The notes below the pieces were generated by a model that saw only the letters and a list, made by a program, of their open reading frames with translations, did no database searches and was not told the origin of the DNA. 58,360 nt of DNA from an uncultured Planctomycetales bacterium (GTDB lineage Bacteria; Omnitrophota; Gorgyraeia; Aquiviventales; Aquiviventaceae): NCBI GenBank assembly GCA_964373835.1, contig CAYJWN010000001.1, forward strand, positions 1 through 58,360. Direction: 5' to 3'. The translations under genes and the position numbers were made by a program. Each line of letters opens with the position of its first letter. Position 1 is the stretch's first letter. This document shows positions 29,073-39,183 of the stretch, in pieces.

Positions 29073-31282
29073 CAGGCTAAGATCTCCTCGGTTGCGGCCA
29101 AGGGTGCACCACTGGGAGGCCTGACGGACACCGCATCGGCGCTGTCGCAGTTGATCGGCATCACCGTCTCTTTGCCCCACCGCGCTCTGTAGCGCTCCGC
29201 AGCGTCCGCCATCACCGTGTCCCGATCGAGCCCCTCCTGGAATCCCACAAGCAACCACTGGAGGTAGGTGCCCATGCGTTCTGCGGCCCGTCCGTCGCGG
29301 AACGGATCGAGCTCCTGGAGCATCGGCGACCAATCTCCGAATCCGAGTACCCCGCCGGGACGCTCCCAGTGCTCACGGCAGGCCTTCCACAGCGCCGACC
29401 ATTCGGTGAAGACCACGCGCCCAACGCCCAGCCGGTACAGCGGGCTCACGGACCAGCCCTCCCGGTCGAGCATTAAGGTCGGCACGCCGGCCAGCGCCGC
29501 TTCCACGCCGGCCGTCGCCGCGCACAGATGGCCGTGCACCATGACATCTGCGGCCAGGGCTGCAGCCGCGGGCGGGCAGCTGCCGTGCAGGGCGCCGCCT
29601 TCATACACGAGGCATCGGCCGGTGGCCTCGGCTCGTTCCAGGAGCTCGGCTACCGGGCCGAGCCGCTGGCGTAGCGTGGAAGGAACCTTTGGCTTCATCA
29701 ACACCGCCAGCCATGGCTCCTCGAGCACTCTCTCGAGGAGGAAGGCATAGTTCTCACGCGTCATCCCATGGCCGAAACTCCACCGCTCATCGGCGTGAGA
29801 ATTCTCATCGGAATAAGCCAGGATATGCTTCACACCGCGCTGATGGAGATGCTGGCGTACGTGCTGAGCTTCCACCCGAAGCGCCGCAAACCGGTGGTCG
29901 CCGAGGTAGCCTGTCACGACGTAATAGGGAATCCTTGACCCGGCGCGCCGCTCCATGTCGGCCGAGACCGCAGAGAAGCCAAACATGATATCGACCGAGG
30001 CGGCAGCTTCAGCCGCCGGATGCGATTCATACGAGCGCTGGTAGCTCACAAAGAGTCCGCCACGCTCTTGAAGCGCATCCGCGATGGCGCAATGGAGGGC
30101 GTCGAATTTCATCCACGACACATAGAGCTTCACCCCGTAGGAGCTGAAGAAGTCCACCCAGAAGGCCCGCGCGGTCTCGTACATTTGGAGGTGCCGGGTG
30201 AGCCACGAAGTCTCCGCACCAGGGGGGCTGGACACCAGTCCAAGATCGAGCGGCCGGGGAGGGGTAAGTCGAGGAAGAAACACGGGGGCTTCCGGGACCG
30301 TCGTGCCCTGTCGACCCACGGCCACCGCCGATATGCCATGCGTGCCCAGTTCGTCCCATTTCTGCGTATCCAACGGATCGGCGGCGACATTGAAGACGAC
30401 GAGCACGTCTTGAGCCAGCAGAGAGGACTGCTGCCAGAAGAACACGTCGGAATACCGTTCCGGTCGCGACAGGTTAAGGTGGCCATAGTATTCCACCGCC
30501 AGCAATGGCTGTCCCCTTGACCGGCGTGCTCCCTCTGAAGCCGCACGAGGCAAGGCGGTGCCCCGTCGACGCCACAGGCTCATGCCTCGACGCACGACTA
30601 TCGCCGTTCGATCACCCGCGGTCTTCACCGCCTGGACCAGCTGAGGGTGCAGAACGCGCTTCAGGATGGTTCGCATGCTTCCCAATGAGGGCGTCGTCGG
30701 GATCACCTCAAGTCCCTGCCGGTCCGCATACTGACGCAGTGCGTTGAACCACGGCCGGCGTTCCAAAAAGACCACGGGCGTTGACGACCCGCGCTGCCCC
30801 GCGAGCTTCCACCGACACACCCGGAGGACCAAGACGGCCCGCAACAGCGTGTCCCACCCGGTCAAGTCAATGAGCGTCAAGGCCTTCGAGAGGTACATCG
30901 GCAATCGGCCGCGGTCCGCGCCACAGACCAGCGCGCGCTGGAATCGCGGATCCTGCAGCGCCGCCGCTCGCACCTCGGCCAAATCCTCATAGGCCACCTT
31001 GTAGCGGACGAGCATCCCGTCTTCACGGATGTCGACCAGGCGAAACCGAAGCGGTTCAAGTATCACGCCAGCGAACCTCGCCCATACCCGTGCGATCCCG
31101 AGCGCGACGCGGGAGCCCTCGATCACATAGCAGACCCCATCACGCCGGCCCTGGCGCGTGAGCCGCAGTAGGCGGGGCCAAATATCGAACCACCAGCTGC
31201 GGACGGTCAGCCGCTCAACGAAGTAGACCGGACCGGCTTCTTCCCTTCGAGGATGGGACGGCGTGCGTGAACGTTCGCGCAT
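29072..31282 (-). CDS. Hypothetical protein (736 aa); possible GT-B-like/capsule-type transferase
   Basis: Coupled by TGATG overlaps at both ends. The C-terminal segment VMVHGHLCAATAGVEAALAGVPTLMLDREGW resembles a GT-B nucleotide-sugar-binding half. I recognise no family. Confidence 0.4.
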   Translation of the reverse strand: MRERSRTPSHPRREEAGPVYFVERLTVRSWWFDIWPRLLRLTRQGRRDGVCYVIEGSRVALGIARVWARFAGVILEPLRFRLVDIREDGMLVRYKVAYEDLAEVRAAALQDPRFQRALVCGADRGRLPMYLSKALTLIDLTGWDTLLRAVLVLRVCRWKLAGQRGSSTPVVFLERRPWFNALRQYADRQGLEVIPTTPSLGSMRTILKRVLHPQLVQAVKTAGDRTAIVVRRGMSLWRRRGTALPRAASEGARRSRGQPLLAVEYYGHLNLSRPERYSDVFFWQQSSLLAQDVLVVFNVAADPLDTQKWDELGTHGISAVAVGRQGTTVPEAPVFLPRLTPPRPLDLGLVSSPPGAETSWLTRHLQMYETARAFWVDFFSSYGVKLYVSWMKFDALHCAIADALQERGGLFVSYQRSYESHPAAEAAASVDIMFGFSAVSADMERRAGSRIPYYVVTGYLGDHRFAALRVEAQHVRQHLHQRGVKHILAYSDENSHADERWSFGHGMTRENYAFLLERVLEEPWLAVLMKPKVPSTLRQRLGPVAELLERAEATGRCLVYEGGALHGSCPPAAAALAADVMVHGHLCAATAGVEAALAGVPTLMLDREGWSVSPLYRLGVGRVVFTEWSALWKACREHWERPGGVLGFGDWSPMLQELDPFRDGRAAERMGTYLQWLLVGFQEGLDRDTVMADAAERYRARWGKETVMPINCDSADAVSVRPPSGAPLAATEEILA

Positions 31283-32493
31283 CAGCGCTTCAACCACTCG
31301 ATGAGCGTCCGGGCGCAGCGCTGCGCGTCCTCGGCACGCAGCCCCACACTGCACGGCACGCTGATCCCCCGGTCGTAGAGCGACGGGGTGTGCTCGATGT
31401 TGACCGTTTGGCAATCCCGGTACGGCGGCAGCCCATGGATGGGATGCCACAGCGGTCGCGCCTCAAATCCCTGCTCGGTCATGAACCGGATCGCCGCCTG
31501 TCGCTCGGCACGCGTCGTGCCGGGTGGCAGAAGCACCGTGTAGAGCCAGTACGTCGCTTCAACATGCGGTGGAACGTGTATCCGTGTGATCGCCGGCGAA
31601 CGTCGCAGCAATGCTTCGTAGGTGCAAGCGATCTCTCGTTTCTTTGTCAGGAACCCATCCAACTGCTCAAGCTGGGCTACCCCAAGCGCCGCTTGGAAGT
31701 TGGTGAGTCGGTAGTTGTAACCGACCTCATGGTGGATGTATTCTACCTCGTCGTCCTTTGCCTGGGTGCTGAGATACCTGGCATGCCGGGCCAACTCGGG
31801 TTGATCCGTCAAGAGCATCCCGCCACCGCCAGTCGTGATGACCTTATTGCCGTTGAAGCTGAGGACGCCCACATCGCCGAAGGTCCCCACGTGGCGACCA
31901 GCATACTTGACGCCGATCGCCTCCGCGGCATCTTCAACCACGCGCAGACGGTACTGCCTCGCTAGCGTCATGATCCGGTCCATTTCACAGGCCGATCCGA
32001 GGAGATGAACCGGCAGGATCGCACGGACCGGCCGCTCAGTTCGTCGGTCATAACAGATGTCGCCACGTTGCTCGCATTCCTCAGCCAGGAATCTCGCCAC
32101 TTGCTCCACATCCATTTGCCAAGTGACAGGATCAGCGTCGATCAATACCGGGTGTGCCTGGCAGTAGCGAATGGCGTTGACCGGAGCAATGAAGGTCAGG
32201 TCCGGCACTAAGACTTCATCCTCTGGCGATACGCCCACCACCTTCAACGCCAAGTGTAGAGCGGCTGTCCCGTTGACGAGGGCAACCGCATGCGTCACAC
32301 CAACGTACGCCGCGACCTCACGCTCGAAGCGTTCGACAAATGGCCCAGCGGACGACACCCAGCCGCTGTCCAGGCAGGCTTTCACATATCGCCACTCGTT
32401 GCCGCGAAAGACCGGCTCACTCAACGGTACGGTGCGGCGCCGACGGGAGGACGCCGCACGCTCAGATGACGTAAGCGCCTGCACGGTACTCAT
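31282..32493 (-). CDS. legC: DegT/DnrJ/EryC1-family PLP sugar aminotransferase, LegC-like
   Basis: VPLSEPVFRGNEWRYVKACLDSGWVSSAGPFVERFE, NGTAALHLAL, SFNGNKVITTGGGGMLLT (Schiff-base Lys present). ATG 32493 overlaps the legB 3-prime end by 32 nt. Confidence 0.8.
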   Translation of the reverse strand: MSTVQALTSSERAASSRRRRTVPLSEPVFRGNEWRYVKACLDSGWVSSAGPFVERFEREVAAYVGVTHAVALVNGTAALHLALKVVGVSPEDEVLVPDLTFIAPVNAIRYCQAHPVLIDADPVTWQMDVEQVARFLAEECEQRGDICYDRRTERPVRAILPVHLLGSACEMDRIMTLARQYRLRVVEDAAEAIGVKYAGRHVGTFGDVGVLSFNGNKVITTGGGGMLLTDQPELARHARYLSTQAKDDEVEYIHHEVGYNYRLTNFQAALGVAQLEQLDGFLTKKREIACTYEALLRRSPAITRIHVPPHVEATYWLYTVLLPPGTTRAERQAAIRFMTEQGFEARPLWHPIHGLPPYRDCQTVNIEHTPSLYDRGISVPCSVGLRAEDAQRCARTLIEWLKR

Positions 32494-33466
32494 CAAGATG
32501 TTCGCGAACCCACGCCACGGTCAGCGCCAACCCATCCTCCAGCGACACCGACGGCTGCCAGCCCAACAACTCCCGCGCCAGCGTCGCATCGGCCACCAGC
32601 CGTTCCACCTCACTCTCCTCAGGCCGCACACGCGACGCCTCCTGCTCCAGGGTGACCGTCGCGCCGGTGCGCTCTGCGATCATGGCGACCAAGGCCTGGA
32701 TGCTGGTTTCACGGCCGGAGCCCAAGTTGATCGTGCGGCCCACCGCGGCGTCCACCGCGGCCGAGCGCAGGAACCCCTCGACGATATCGCTGACGTAGTT
32801 CATGTCGCGGGTCGGGCTCGTGTTGCCCAAGCGGACGATGGTGTCGGTCAAGCATTGGGTGATGATCGTGGGGGTGATCGCCCGTCCCGACTGCCGCGGG
32901 CCGAATGTATTGAACGGCCGGATGGTCACGACCGGCACGCCGTACGACAGATGAAACGCCTCCGCCAACTTATCTGCCCCGATCTTCGTGGCCGCGTAGG
33001 GAGACTGCCCCCGTAGCGGATGCGTCTCCGCGATGGGCACGGTGCAGGCCGTGCCGTACACCTCGCTCGTCGAGGTGTGGACCACGCGGTCCACGCCGTA
33101 GTCCCTGGCCGCCTGAAGGACGTTGAGCGCACCGACGACGTTGGTCTGTACAAACGAGCTCGGCGCCTGATACGAGTACGGGATCGCAATCAACGCCGCC
33201 AGATGAAATACAACCTCCTGACCCTTCATCGCCTGGAGGACACTGTCCCGGTCGCCGATATCCCCGGGGATCACCTCCACGTCATCCTTCATCGGCATGT
33301 GGTCGAGCCAGCCCCAGCTGCCGTCGCTGCGATAATGCACCAGCGCCCGCGTCGCAGCCCCGAGCTCCACCAGCCGCTCGGTCAGATGGCTGCCGATGAA
33401 GCCGCCGGCGCCCGTCACCAGGACGCGCTTGCCCTTCCAGGATGACTCGGTCCATGCCTGCGTCAT
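32462..33466 (-). CDS. legB: NAD-dependent nucleotide-GlcNAc 4,6-dehydratase, LegB-like
   Basis: KGKRVLVTGAGGFIGSHLTERLVELGAATRALVHYRSDGSWGWLD, YAATKIGADKL. ATGA overlap at 33463-33466. Confidence 0.8.
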   Translation of the reverse strand: MTQAWTESSWKGKRVLVTGAGGFIGSHLTERLVELGAATRALVHYRSDGSWGWLDHMPMKDDVEVIPGDIGDRDSVLQAMKGQEVVFHLAALIAIPYSYQAPSSFVQTNVVGALNVLQAARDYGVDRVVHTSTSEVYGTACTVPIAETHPLRGQSPYAATKIGADKLAEAFHLSYGVPVVTIRPFNTFGPRQSGRAITPTIITQCLTDTIVRLGNTSPTRDMNYVSDIVEGFLRSAAVDAAVGRTINLGSGRETSIQALVAMIAERTGATVTLEQEASRVRPEESEVERLVADATLARELLGWQPSVSLEDGLALTVAWVREHLDEYRAGAYVI

Positions 33467-34536
33467 TGGGGATGCCAACCCTTCGCTTGCGCCTGCGCCT
33501 GCTCGTAATCGGCGGACTGCCCGATGTCCAGCCAGTACTCCCGAACCGGGAAGCTCACGACCTCCCGCCCTTCCTGCAGCAGACGCTGGATCAGATCGGT
33601 CATATCGAACCGCTGGCCGTTTGGAATCAACCCATAGACGGCCGGCTCCAAGAGATAGATGCCCGCATTGACGAAACAGTTGAGGACCGGCTTCTCGCTC
33701 AATCCGACCACCCTCGACCCGTCGCACTCCACGACCCCGTAGGGCATCTGGAGGTCGTACTGGCGGACGGCGACCGTCAGATCCGCCTGATGCTCTCTGT
33801 GGTAGATGAGCATCGCCCGAAAATCCACCTGCGTGAGGATGTCGCCGTTAATAACCAGCGTCGTCTCTTTGGGCGCCTCCAAGAGTCCGAGTCCGCCGAC
33901 CGTCCCCAAGGGGTGATCTTCCTCCACATAGGAGAGCTCCACGCCAAACTCCCGTCCGTCGCCGAAATGTTCGGTGATCTTCTCCGGCTTGTGGTGCGTC
34001 GTCACTTTCACCCGCGTGATCCCGGCCTCCCGCAGTTGCTGAATGATAATCTCCAGCACCGGTCGGTCGCCGACTCGCAGCATCGGCTTGGGCAGGTCGT
34101 CGGTCAGGGGTTGGAGCCGACGGCCCCTCCCGCCTGCCATGACGATGGCCTGCAACGGCAGTGGCTGGTTCGGCACGAACTCATCGAGCGTCACCAGCCC
34201 GGCCACCCGCTGATCGGCGCCCAGCAGCGGCAGGTAGAGGAGATTGTGCTGCTTCAAGAGCGCCGCGTAAGATGCCGGGTCCTGGCCGATCGGCGCGGTC
34301 AGTGGCGTGGCAAACGGGGTTCCGGCTTTGCGCGCCAGCAGCGCGCTCACCGGCTCTTCCAGATCGAGGCTCGCAAGGATGGCGCGCCGGACATCGCCGT
34401 CGGTCACCGTGCCAATGAGCCGGCGCTCCTCATCAATCACGAGCGCGATGCCAATTCGGTTGCCGTCCATCCGGGTCATCGCCTCGCGCAGCGAGCTGCG
34501 GCTGCCGATGCAGAAGGTCGTCAGATCGGTGTACAT
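33463..34536 (-). CDS. CBS-pair plus sugar-1-phosphate nucleotidyltransferase (PtmE-like)
   Basis: The N-terminal CBS pair (IALVIDEERRLIGTVTDGDVRRA) is followed by AIVMAGGRGRRLQPLTDDLPKPMLRVGDRPVLE. GAGGGGAAG lies upstream of ATG 34536. Confidence 0.75.
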   Translation of the reverse strand: MYTDLTTFCIGSRSSLREAMTRMDGNRIGIALVIDEERRLIGTVTDGDVRRAILASLDLEEPVSALLARKAGTPFATPLTAPIGQDPASYAALLKQHNLLYLPLLGADQRVAGLVTLDEFVPNQPLPLQAIVMAGGRGRRLQPLTDDLPKPMLRVGDRPVLEIIIQQLREAGITRVKVTTHHKPEKITEHFGDGREFGVELSYVEEDHPLGTVGGLGLLEAPKETTLVINGDILTQVDFRAMLIYHREHQADLTVAVRQYDLQMPYGVVECDGSRVVGLSEKPVLNCFVNAGIYLLEPAVYGLIPNGQRFDMTDLIQRLLQEGREVVSFPVREYWLDIGQSADYEQAQAQAKGWHPQ

Positions 34537-34557
34537 GCGCTTCCCCTCGTCATCGCC

Positions 34558-35787
34558 TCACGAGACCTGATGGCGGAGTGTCCACGTCCCGCCCTTCTTG
34601 GTCCACAGGTGCGGCGGGCGGAACGCGTCACAGAGTTCTAAAAACCGCTCCGGCTTCATCCCCAAGTCGTCCATGACCTCACGGAAGAAGCGTTCGGGGA
34701 ACTCGCCTTCAAAGCGGCGGACCAAGGCCACCCCCTCCTCACGCGTGAGGTGCTTATTGCGGATCTCCTGCGAGGCATCGGAACTGGCCCGGCCCAGGCC
34801 GAACTTGATGTAGCTCGTGTAGTAGTGCAGGCCGTCGTACTTATCGTCGAGGCTATTGTACTTGCTGTACGTCCCCTCGGTCCGGACCGGGTTGGCCTCG
34901 AAGCCCACGTGTTCGACCGCATAGTAATAGCTCTCCTGCGGCGTCCACTTCACGTAATAGCCGAGATAGCGGACTTCGATCTGCGACCGCGCCAGCTCCT
35001 GGGTATCCGCGGGCAGATAGGGACTCAGGTCGTTGAGCGACAGCCCGTACCGTTCCATGAGCTCAGGCACCGGATGGCCGGCCAGGAAGATCTCCGAGAG
35101 GTGGCGCATGGCGTAGTACGAGGCATCCCGCAGCGAGCTGGCCGTGTCCGCAAGAGGGTTGCCATACTCCGCCTCATTTTCCCCATAGAAGATCAATCGG
35201 ATACCCTCCTTGAGCGCGATCTTCGGCGCAATGTTCTTCTGCCCCAGGATGAACGTCTGGAAGGGGTGAAGGAGCGTCTCGATCGCCAACCGTGTCAGGA
35301 GCCGGTGCACCTGTTTATTGGGCTTGAAGGTCACGTTGTCAAATCCGCCCACTTCCAACCAGTTCTTGAAATTTTTCCAGCCGATCTCGGTGTAGAGGGC
35401 GGGCGGCCACGTCACGGTTAAGGGGTGCATACCGTAGCGATACTTCAGCACGTGCGCGGCATACACGCTGTCCTTGCCGCCGCTGCCAGGGACCAGACAG
35501 TCGTAGTCGCCGTTGGTCCGCCGATGCGCATCGAGCACCCGCACGAGTTCCCGCTCGCGCGCGGTCCAGTCAATCTGCTCCTTGTGTTCAGCTACACGGC
35601 AGGCATCGCAGACGCCCTCCGCATCGATGTGGAGGGTCCGGACCTTCCGGGCGGGGGTATGCTGAAACTCCACACTTGAGCAGGGCCGCTGGTTTGACAT
35701 CACGCACCGGCGGCAAAAGACAACCTGCTCAGGCAGACCGTACATGGTCGGCGCGGGTTCCGTCAGAGAAACCGTACGCTCAGACAC
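34558..35787 (-). CDS. N-acetyl sugar amidotransferase (WbpG/PseA/PtmG family, PP-loop ATPase)
   Basis: N-terminal Cys cluster FCRRCVMSNQRP...CDAC and PP-loop CLVPGSGGKDSVY. GTG start at 35787 is preceded by GAGGTG with a 4-5 nt spacer. Confidence 0.85.
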   Translation of the reverse strand: MSERTVSLTEPAPTMYGLPEQVVFCRRCVMSNQRPCSSVEFQHTPARKVRTLHIDAEGVCDACRVAEHKEQIDWTARERELVRVLDAHRRTNGDYDCLVPGSGGKDSVYAAHVLKYRYGMHPLTVTWPPALYTEIGWKNFKNWLEVGGFDNVTFKPNKQVHRLLTRLAIETLLHPFQTFILGQKNIAPKIALKEGIRLIFYGENEAEYGNPLADTASSLRDASYYAMRHLSEIFLAGHPVPELMERYGLSLNDLSPYLPADTQELARSQIEVRYLGYYVKWTPQESYYYAVEHVGFEANPVRTEGTYSKYNSLDDKYDGLHYYTSYIKFGLGRASSDASQEIRNKHLTREEGVALVRRFEGEFPERFFREVMDDLGMKPERFLELCDAFRPPHLWTKKGGTWTLRHQVS

Positions 35788-36463
35788 GGGTCACCTCACG
35801 AGGTGCGCGGACTTGCGCGGCGAATGCGGCGTACAGGCGCAGGCCCATCGGGCCGCTGCGCTCCGGATGGAATTGGCAGGCGAAGAGATTGCCGCGCTGG
35901 AGGCTCGAACAAAACTCGAGGGAGCCGTATTGCGTGGTCGCCAGAACGATCTCGTCGTGGGCGGGTCTGACGTGGAACGAATGGACGAAGTACATGAACG
36001 CCCCCTCAGGAAGCGCTTCGAGGCACGTGCCGGCCCAGGAACGGCCTGGCGGTTTCATGATCCGGTTCCAGCCGACTTGAGGCACCTTCAGTGGACGCGA
36101 CCCTGGGCGCGGATCCCGGAGCCTCACCACGTCCCCCTCGATCGCCGCCAAGCCGCGATGCCGGCCGAACTCTTCGCTTTCTGACATTAACAGCTGCATC
36201 CCAAGACAAATCCCCATGAACGGTTTGCCGGATTGAATGAGCTCCCGGAGCGCTTCCACCAGCCCTCGCCGGGACAGTGTCGCCATCGCATCGCCAAACG
36301 CCCCGACTCCCGGCAGGATGGCCGCCTGAGAAGCCAGCAGCTCATCGGCGGAAGAGGTCACGATCGACGGTAAACCCACGTGCTCGCAGGCCCGTTGGAC
36401 GCTGAAGAGGTTGCCCATGCCGAAGTCCACGATGGCCACCCGCGCGCCGCCTGTCTCAGGCAT
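35780..36463 (-). CDS. HisH-like glutamine amidotransferase subunit (paired with WbpG-type amidotransferase)
   Basis: RVAIVDFGMGNLFSVQRACEHVG, GICLGMQLL (catalytic Cys), QFHPERS. Overlaps by 8 nt on both sides. Confidence 0.85.
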   Translation of the reverse strand: MPETGGARVAIVDFGMGNLFSVQRACEHVGLPSIVTSSADELLASQAAILPGVGAFGDAMATLSRRGLVEALRELIQSGKPFMGICLGMQLLMSESEEFGRHRGLAAIEGDVVRLRDPRPGSRPLKVPQVGWNRIMKPPGRSWAGTCLEALPEGAFMYFVHSFHVRPAHDEIVLATTQYGSLEFCSSLQRGNLFACQFHPERSGPMGLRLYAAFAAQVRAPREVTRV

Positions 36464-37325
36464 GGATGACCTCGCCTTCGCTGTCGCGGCACGGCACGCC
36501 CTGGGCGGCCAGGAACGTCTTGAGTTCCCGGACGGTGGTGTCTTGGATATTCGAGAACCCCTGCCGCGTCTTGAGGTACTCGGTGTTCCCTTCACCCACA
36601 CGCACGGCTGGTTCCTGCAGCGTCCGCACGACCCCGTAGTGGAGCAGCGAGGCCAGACAGACGGCATCCGCCTGACCCTGCGCCACCACATCGTACACAT
36701 CGCTGGGCCGACCGGCCCCGCCGCAGGCGATGACGGGAATGGCCACAGACTCGGCCACCTGCCGTGTTAACTCCACATCAAACCCCTTGCCGGTGCCCTC
36801 GCGATCGATGGACGTCAGCAAGATTTCCCCGGCCCCCAGCTCGGCCACCCGCCTAGCCCATCCCACCGCATCCACGCCGGTCCGCTGACGGCCGTTCTCC
36901 GTGTACGCCTCGTAGTGTCCATCGGACGTCTTGATCGCTTCGATGGACACCACGATCGTGGAGGACCCGAATCGCTGGGCGGCGTCTCGAATCAACTCCG
37001 GCCGCTGGATCGCCGCCGTATTCAGCGACACTTTGTCTGCCCCGACCCGCAACACCGTCCTCATATCCTCCACCGTCCGCAGCCCTCCACCGACGGTCAT
37101 GGGGATGAAGATTTCTCGTGCGGTTCGCTCAATGATATCCAACAGACTGTTGCGCCCGTACAGACTCGCCACGATGTCCATGTAGAGCAGCTCATCCGCG
37201 CCCTGCTCGTAATAGCGGCGCGCGAAGTCTTCCGGCTTGCCGAGCACGCGCAGACCCTCCAGGTGAATCCCTTTGACGAGGTTCGGACCTTTGATATCCA
37301 GGCGTGGAATGATACGCATGCTCAT
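36456..37325 (-). CDS. HisF-like cyclase/ammonia-channel subunit (paired with HisH-like)
   Basis: MRIIPRLDIKGPNLVKGIHLEGL, PMTVGGGLRT, ADKVSLNTAA, SIDREGTGKGFD. ATGA overlap at 37322-37325. Confidence 0.85.
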   Translation of the reverse strand: MSMRIIPRLDIKGPNLVKGIHLEGLRVLGKPEDFARRYYEQGADELLYMDIVASLYGRNSLLDIIERTAREIFIPMTVGGGLRTVEDMRTVLRVGADKVSLNTAAIQRPELIRDAAQRFGSSTIVVSIEAIKTSDGHYEAYTENGRQRTGVDAVGWARRVAELGAGEILLTSIDREGTGKGFDVELTRQVAESVAIPVIACGGAGRPSDVYDVVAQGQADAVCLASLLHYGVVRTLQEPAVRVGEGNTEYLKTRQGFSNIQDTTVRELKTFLAAQGVPCRDSEGEVIHA

Positions 37326-37993
37326 GGCCGATCCACGACGGCTTCATGCAGCGGTGCCGCCGGCACGCCCACCACGGTGGTATGTGGTGCCACATCGCAG
37401 ATCACCACTGCTCCAGCGCCGATGAGAGCACCCTCACCAATCGACGCGCACTGCCGCACGACGGCGCCGGCGCCGATGTGGGCCAGCGCGCCCACGCGCA
37501 CGGTGCTGCAGAGCGTCGCCCCCGTGGCCACATGGACATGGTCGCCGATGGCGCAGTCATGCTCAACGACCGCCGCGGTGTTCACGATCACATTCACCCC
37601 GATGCGCGCGCCGGCATGAACCACCGCATGCGGCAAGATCACGGTGCCCTCGCCGATGATCGCCGAGGGCGAACACACCGCCGAGGGATGACACACGCGT
37701 AGCGGCGTCAGGCCCTGCCGCAGGGCCAGCTCAAACAACTGTCGCCGCGGCTCGTTGTCGCCGATGCCACCGACCCCGACGACAAAATGCCGAATTCCTT
37801 CGCGCCAGAGGTCCGGTAGCAGGTCGTCGCCGCCACGAATCGGCACGCCGAGTACCTCGCTGCCCCACCGCGATTGATCCGCATCCAGCACCGCCTGCGG
37901 AAGCGCTGTCTTGCTTGCGCGCAAGCACTCAATGAGCACGCGCGCGTGGCCGCCCCCGCCAAGGACCACGCACCTCGGCACGTCAACGGGCAT
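37322..37993 (-). CDS. NeuD/PglD-family hexapeptide-repeat sugar N-acetyltransferase (LegH-like)
   Basis: N-terminal Rossmann-like CVVLGGGGHARVLIECL, followed by left-handed beta-helix repeats (IGEGTVILPHAVVHAGARIGVNVIVNTAAVVEHDCAIGDHVHV). Confidence 0.75.
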   Translation of the reverse strand: MPVDVPRCVVLGGGGHARVLIECLRASKTALPQAVLDADQSRWGSEVLGVPIRGGDDLLPDLWREGIRHFVVGVGGIGDNEPRRQLFELALRQGLTPLRVCHPSAVCSPSAIIGEGTVILPHAVVHAGARIGVNVIVNTAAVVEHDCAIGDHVHVATGATLCSTVRVGALAHIGAGAVVRQCASIGEGALIGAGAVVICDVAPHTTVVGVPAAPLHEAVVDRP

Positions 37994-39182
37994 AGCCGCT
38001 CGCCTGCGGTTCAGCGACGTCCATGTGGCCAGGCAGATCGATGAATCGTTTCCGAATGAGTCGCGCATCCAATGTGATGTCCTTCAGGCGTCCGACGATG
38101 ATCTCAGCCGCATCGCCGTGTCTGTGCGGGTTCTGCAGTCCGCGCAGACACGCGCGGAATGCCGGAGCAAGGGCTTGAGCGATGCCGCGGGCGATGTCGG
38201 CCCGGTGAGAGCCCACATCGATGACGTTCTCGGCTCGGACCCGTCCATCCTGCCGCGTGCCGATGTTGACCGCCGGCAGTTCAAAGGACGGCGCCTCGAT
38301 AATCCCGCTCGAAGAGTTACCGACCATGGCCGCCGCGCACGCCATCAGACTGAAGTACGCTTGCGTGCCGAGATGCTCAACGATCTGGGCGTTCGAATGT
38401 CGTCGGACAAACGTTTCAATCGCCTCCCAAATCACCTGACGGCCGGTATCCGCGTTGGTCCGCGTGAACACGATGGGCCGATCCACCGGCTCCAGCGCGT
38501 GAAGCAATTCGCCGATCTGCCACGAGGCCTCCTCGTGCTCGAGCGTCGCCGGATGATAGGTCACGACCAGCGGTGGCGGCTCGAGGCGGACTCCCGTGCG
38601 TCCGTGAAGCTCTTCCGGTGAGAGCCTCGCCAACGCCTTCAGGTTATCGAGACTGAGAGCCCCAGAGACGACCACCCGCCAGGGTTCTTCGCCCATCTGG
38701 ATCACCCGCCGGGCATACGTTTCCGTGGAGACGAAATGCAGGTGGCTGAGTTTGGTGATCGAGTGGCGCAGAACGTCATCCATCGCTCCGGCGGTCAGCT
38801 CGCCGCCGTGCAGATGGGCCATCGGGATCTTGAACGGCACCGCGGCCATCGCCGCTGCGTGTACCTCGAACCGGTCCGCGACCAACAGGAGCAGGTCGGG
38901 ACGCTGACGGCCAAACGCTTGGGCGAAGCCCAGCACGCCCAACCCCATCGACTTGGTGATCCCTTCCGGCGTATCCGAAGCCACCAGCATCTCGATGCGC
39001 TCGGCGATCGGAAACCCATCCGCTTCGATCATCGCGATCGTGCGTCCCAACCCGGGCACCAGGTGGCTGCCGGTCACATACAGCCGCAACTCAAGCGATG
39101 GGTCCCCATGAATCCGTCGCAGAATCGGCAGGCACACGCCGTAGTCCGCTCGGTCCCCAGTGACGACGCCGATCGTGCGCAT
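37983..39182 (-). CDS. legG: Hydrolysing nucleotide-sugar 2-epimerase (NeuC/LegG-like)
   Basis: MRTIGVVTGDRADYGVCLPILRRIHGDP, AHLHGGELTAGAMDD, VGNSSSGIIEAPSF. ATG 39182 lies 1 nt after the upstream TAA. Confidence 0.85.
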   Translation of the reverse strand: MRTIGVVTGDRADYGVCLPILRRIHGDPSLELRLYVTGSHLVPGLGRTIAMIEADGFPIAERIEMLVASDTPEGITKSMGLGVLGFAQAFGRQRPDLLLLVADRFEVHAAAMAAVPFKIPMAHLHGGELTAGAMDDVLRHSITKLSHLHFVSTETYARRVIQMGEEPWRVVVSGALSLDNLKALARLSPEELHGRTGVRLEPPPLVVTYHPATLEHEEASWQIGELLHALEPVDRPIVFTRTNADTGRQVIWEAIETFVRRHSNAQIVEHLGTQAYFSLMACAAAMVGNSSSGIIEAPSFELPAVNIGTRQDGRVRAENVIDVGSHRADIARGIAQALAPAFRACLRGLQNPHRHGDAAEIIVGRLKDITLDARLIRKRFIDLPGHMDVAEPQASGYAR

Positions 39183-39183
39183 C

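Noticed and set aside
33442-34641. Plus-strand ORF of 399 aa. Similar long plus-strand ORFs occur at 8936..9961, 47800..48843, 10795..11739, 39898..40818 and 5098..5964
   Set aside because: All are antisense to motif-supported minus-strand genes. All have low-complexity R/P/A/G-rich translations and lack start contexts. I found no plus-strand gene that I could support.
35780-37325. HisH/HisF pair as histidine biosynthesis genes
   Set aside because: No other his genes are present. The pair is overlapped with a WbpG/PseA-type PP-loop amidotransferase inside a nonulosonic acid cluster, which is the known context for sugar amidino-group formation.
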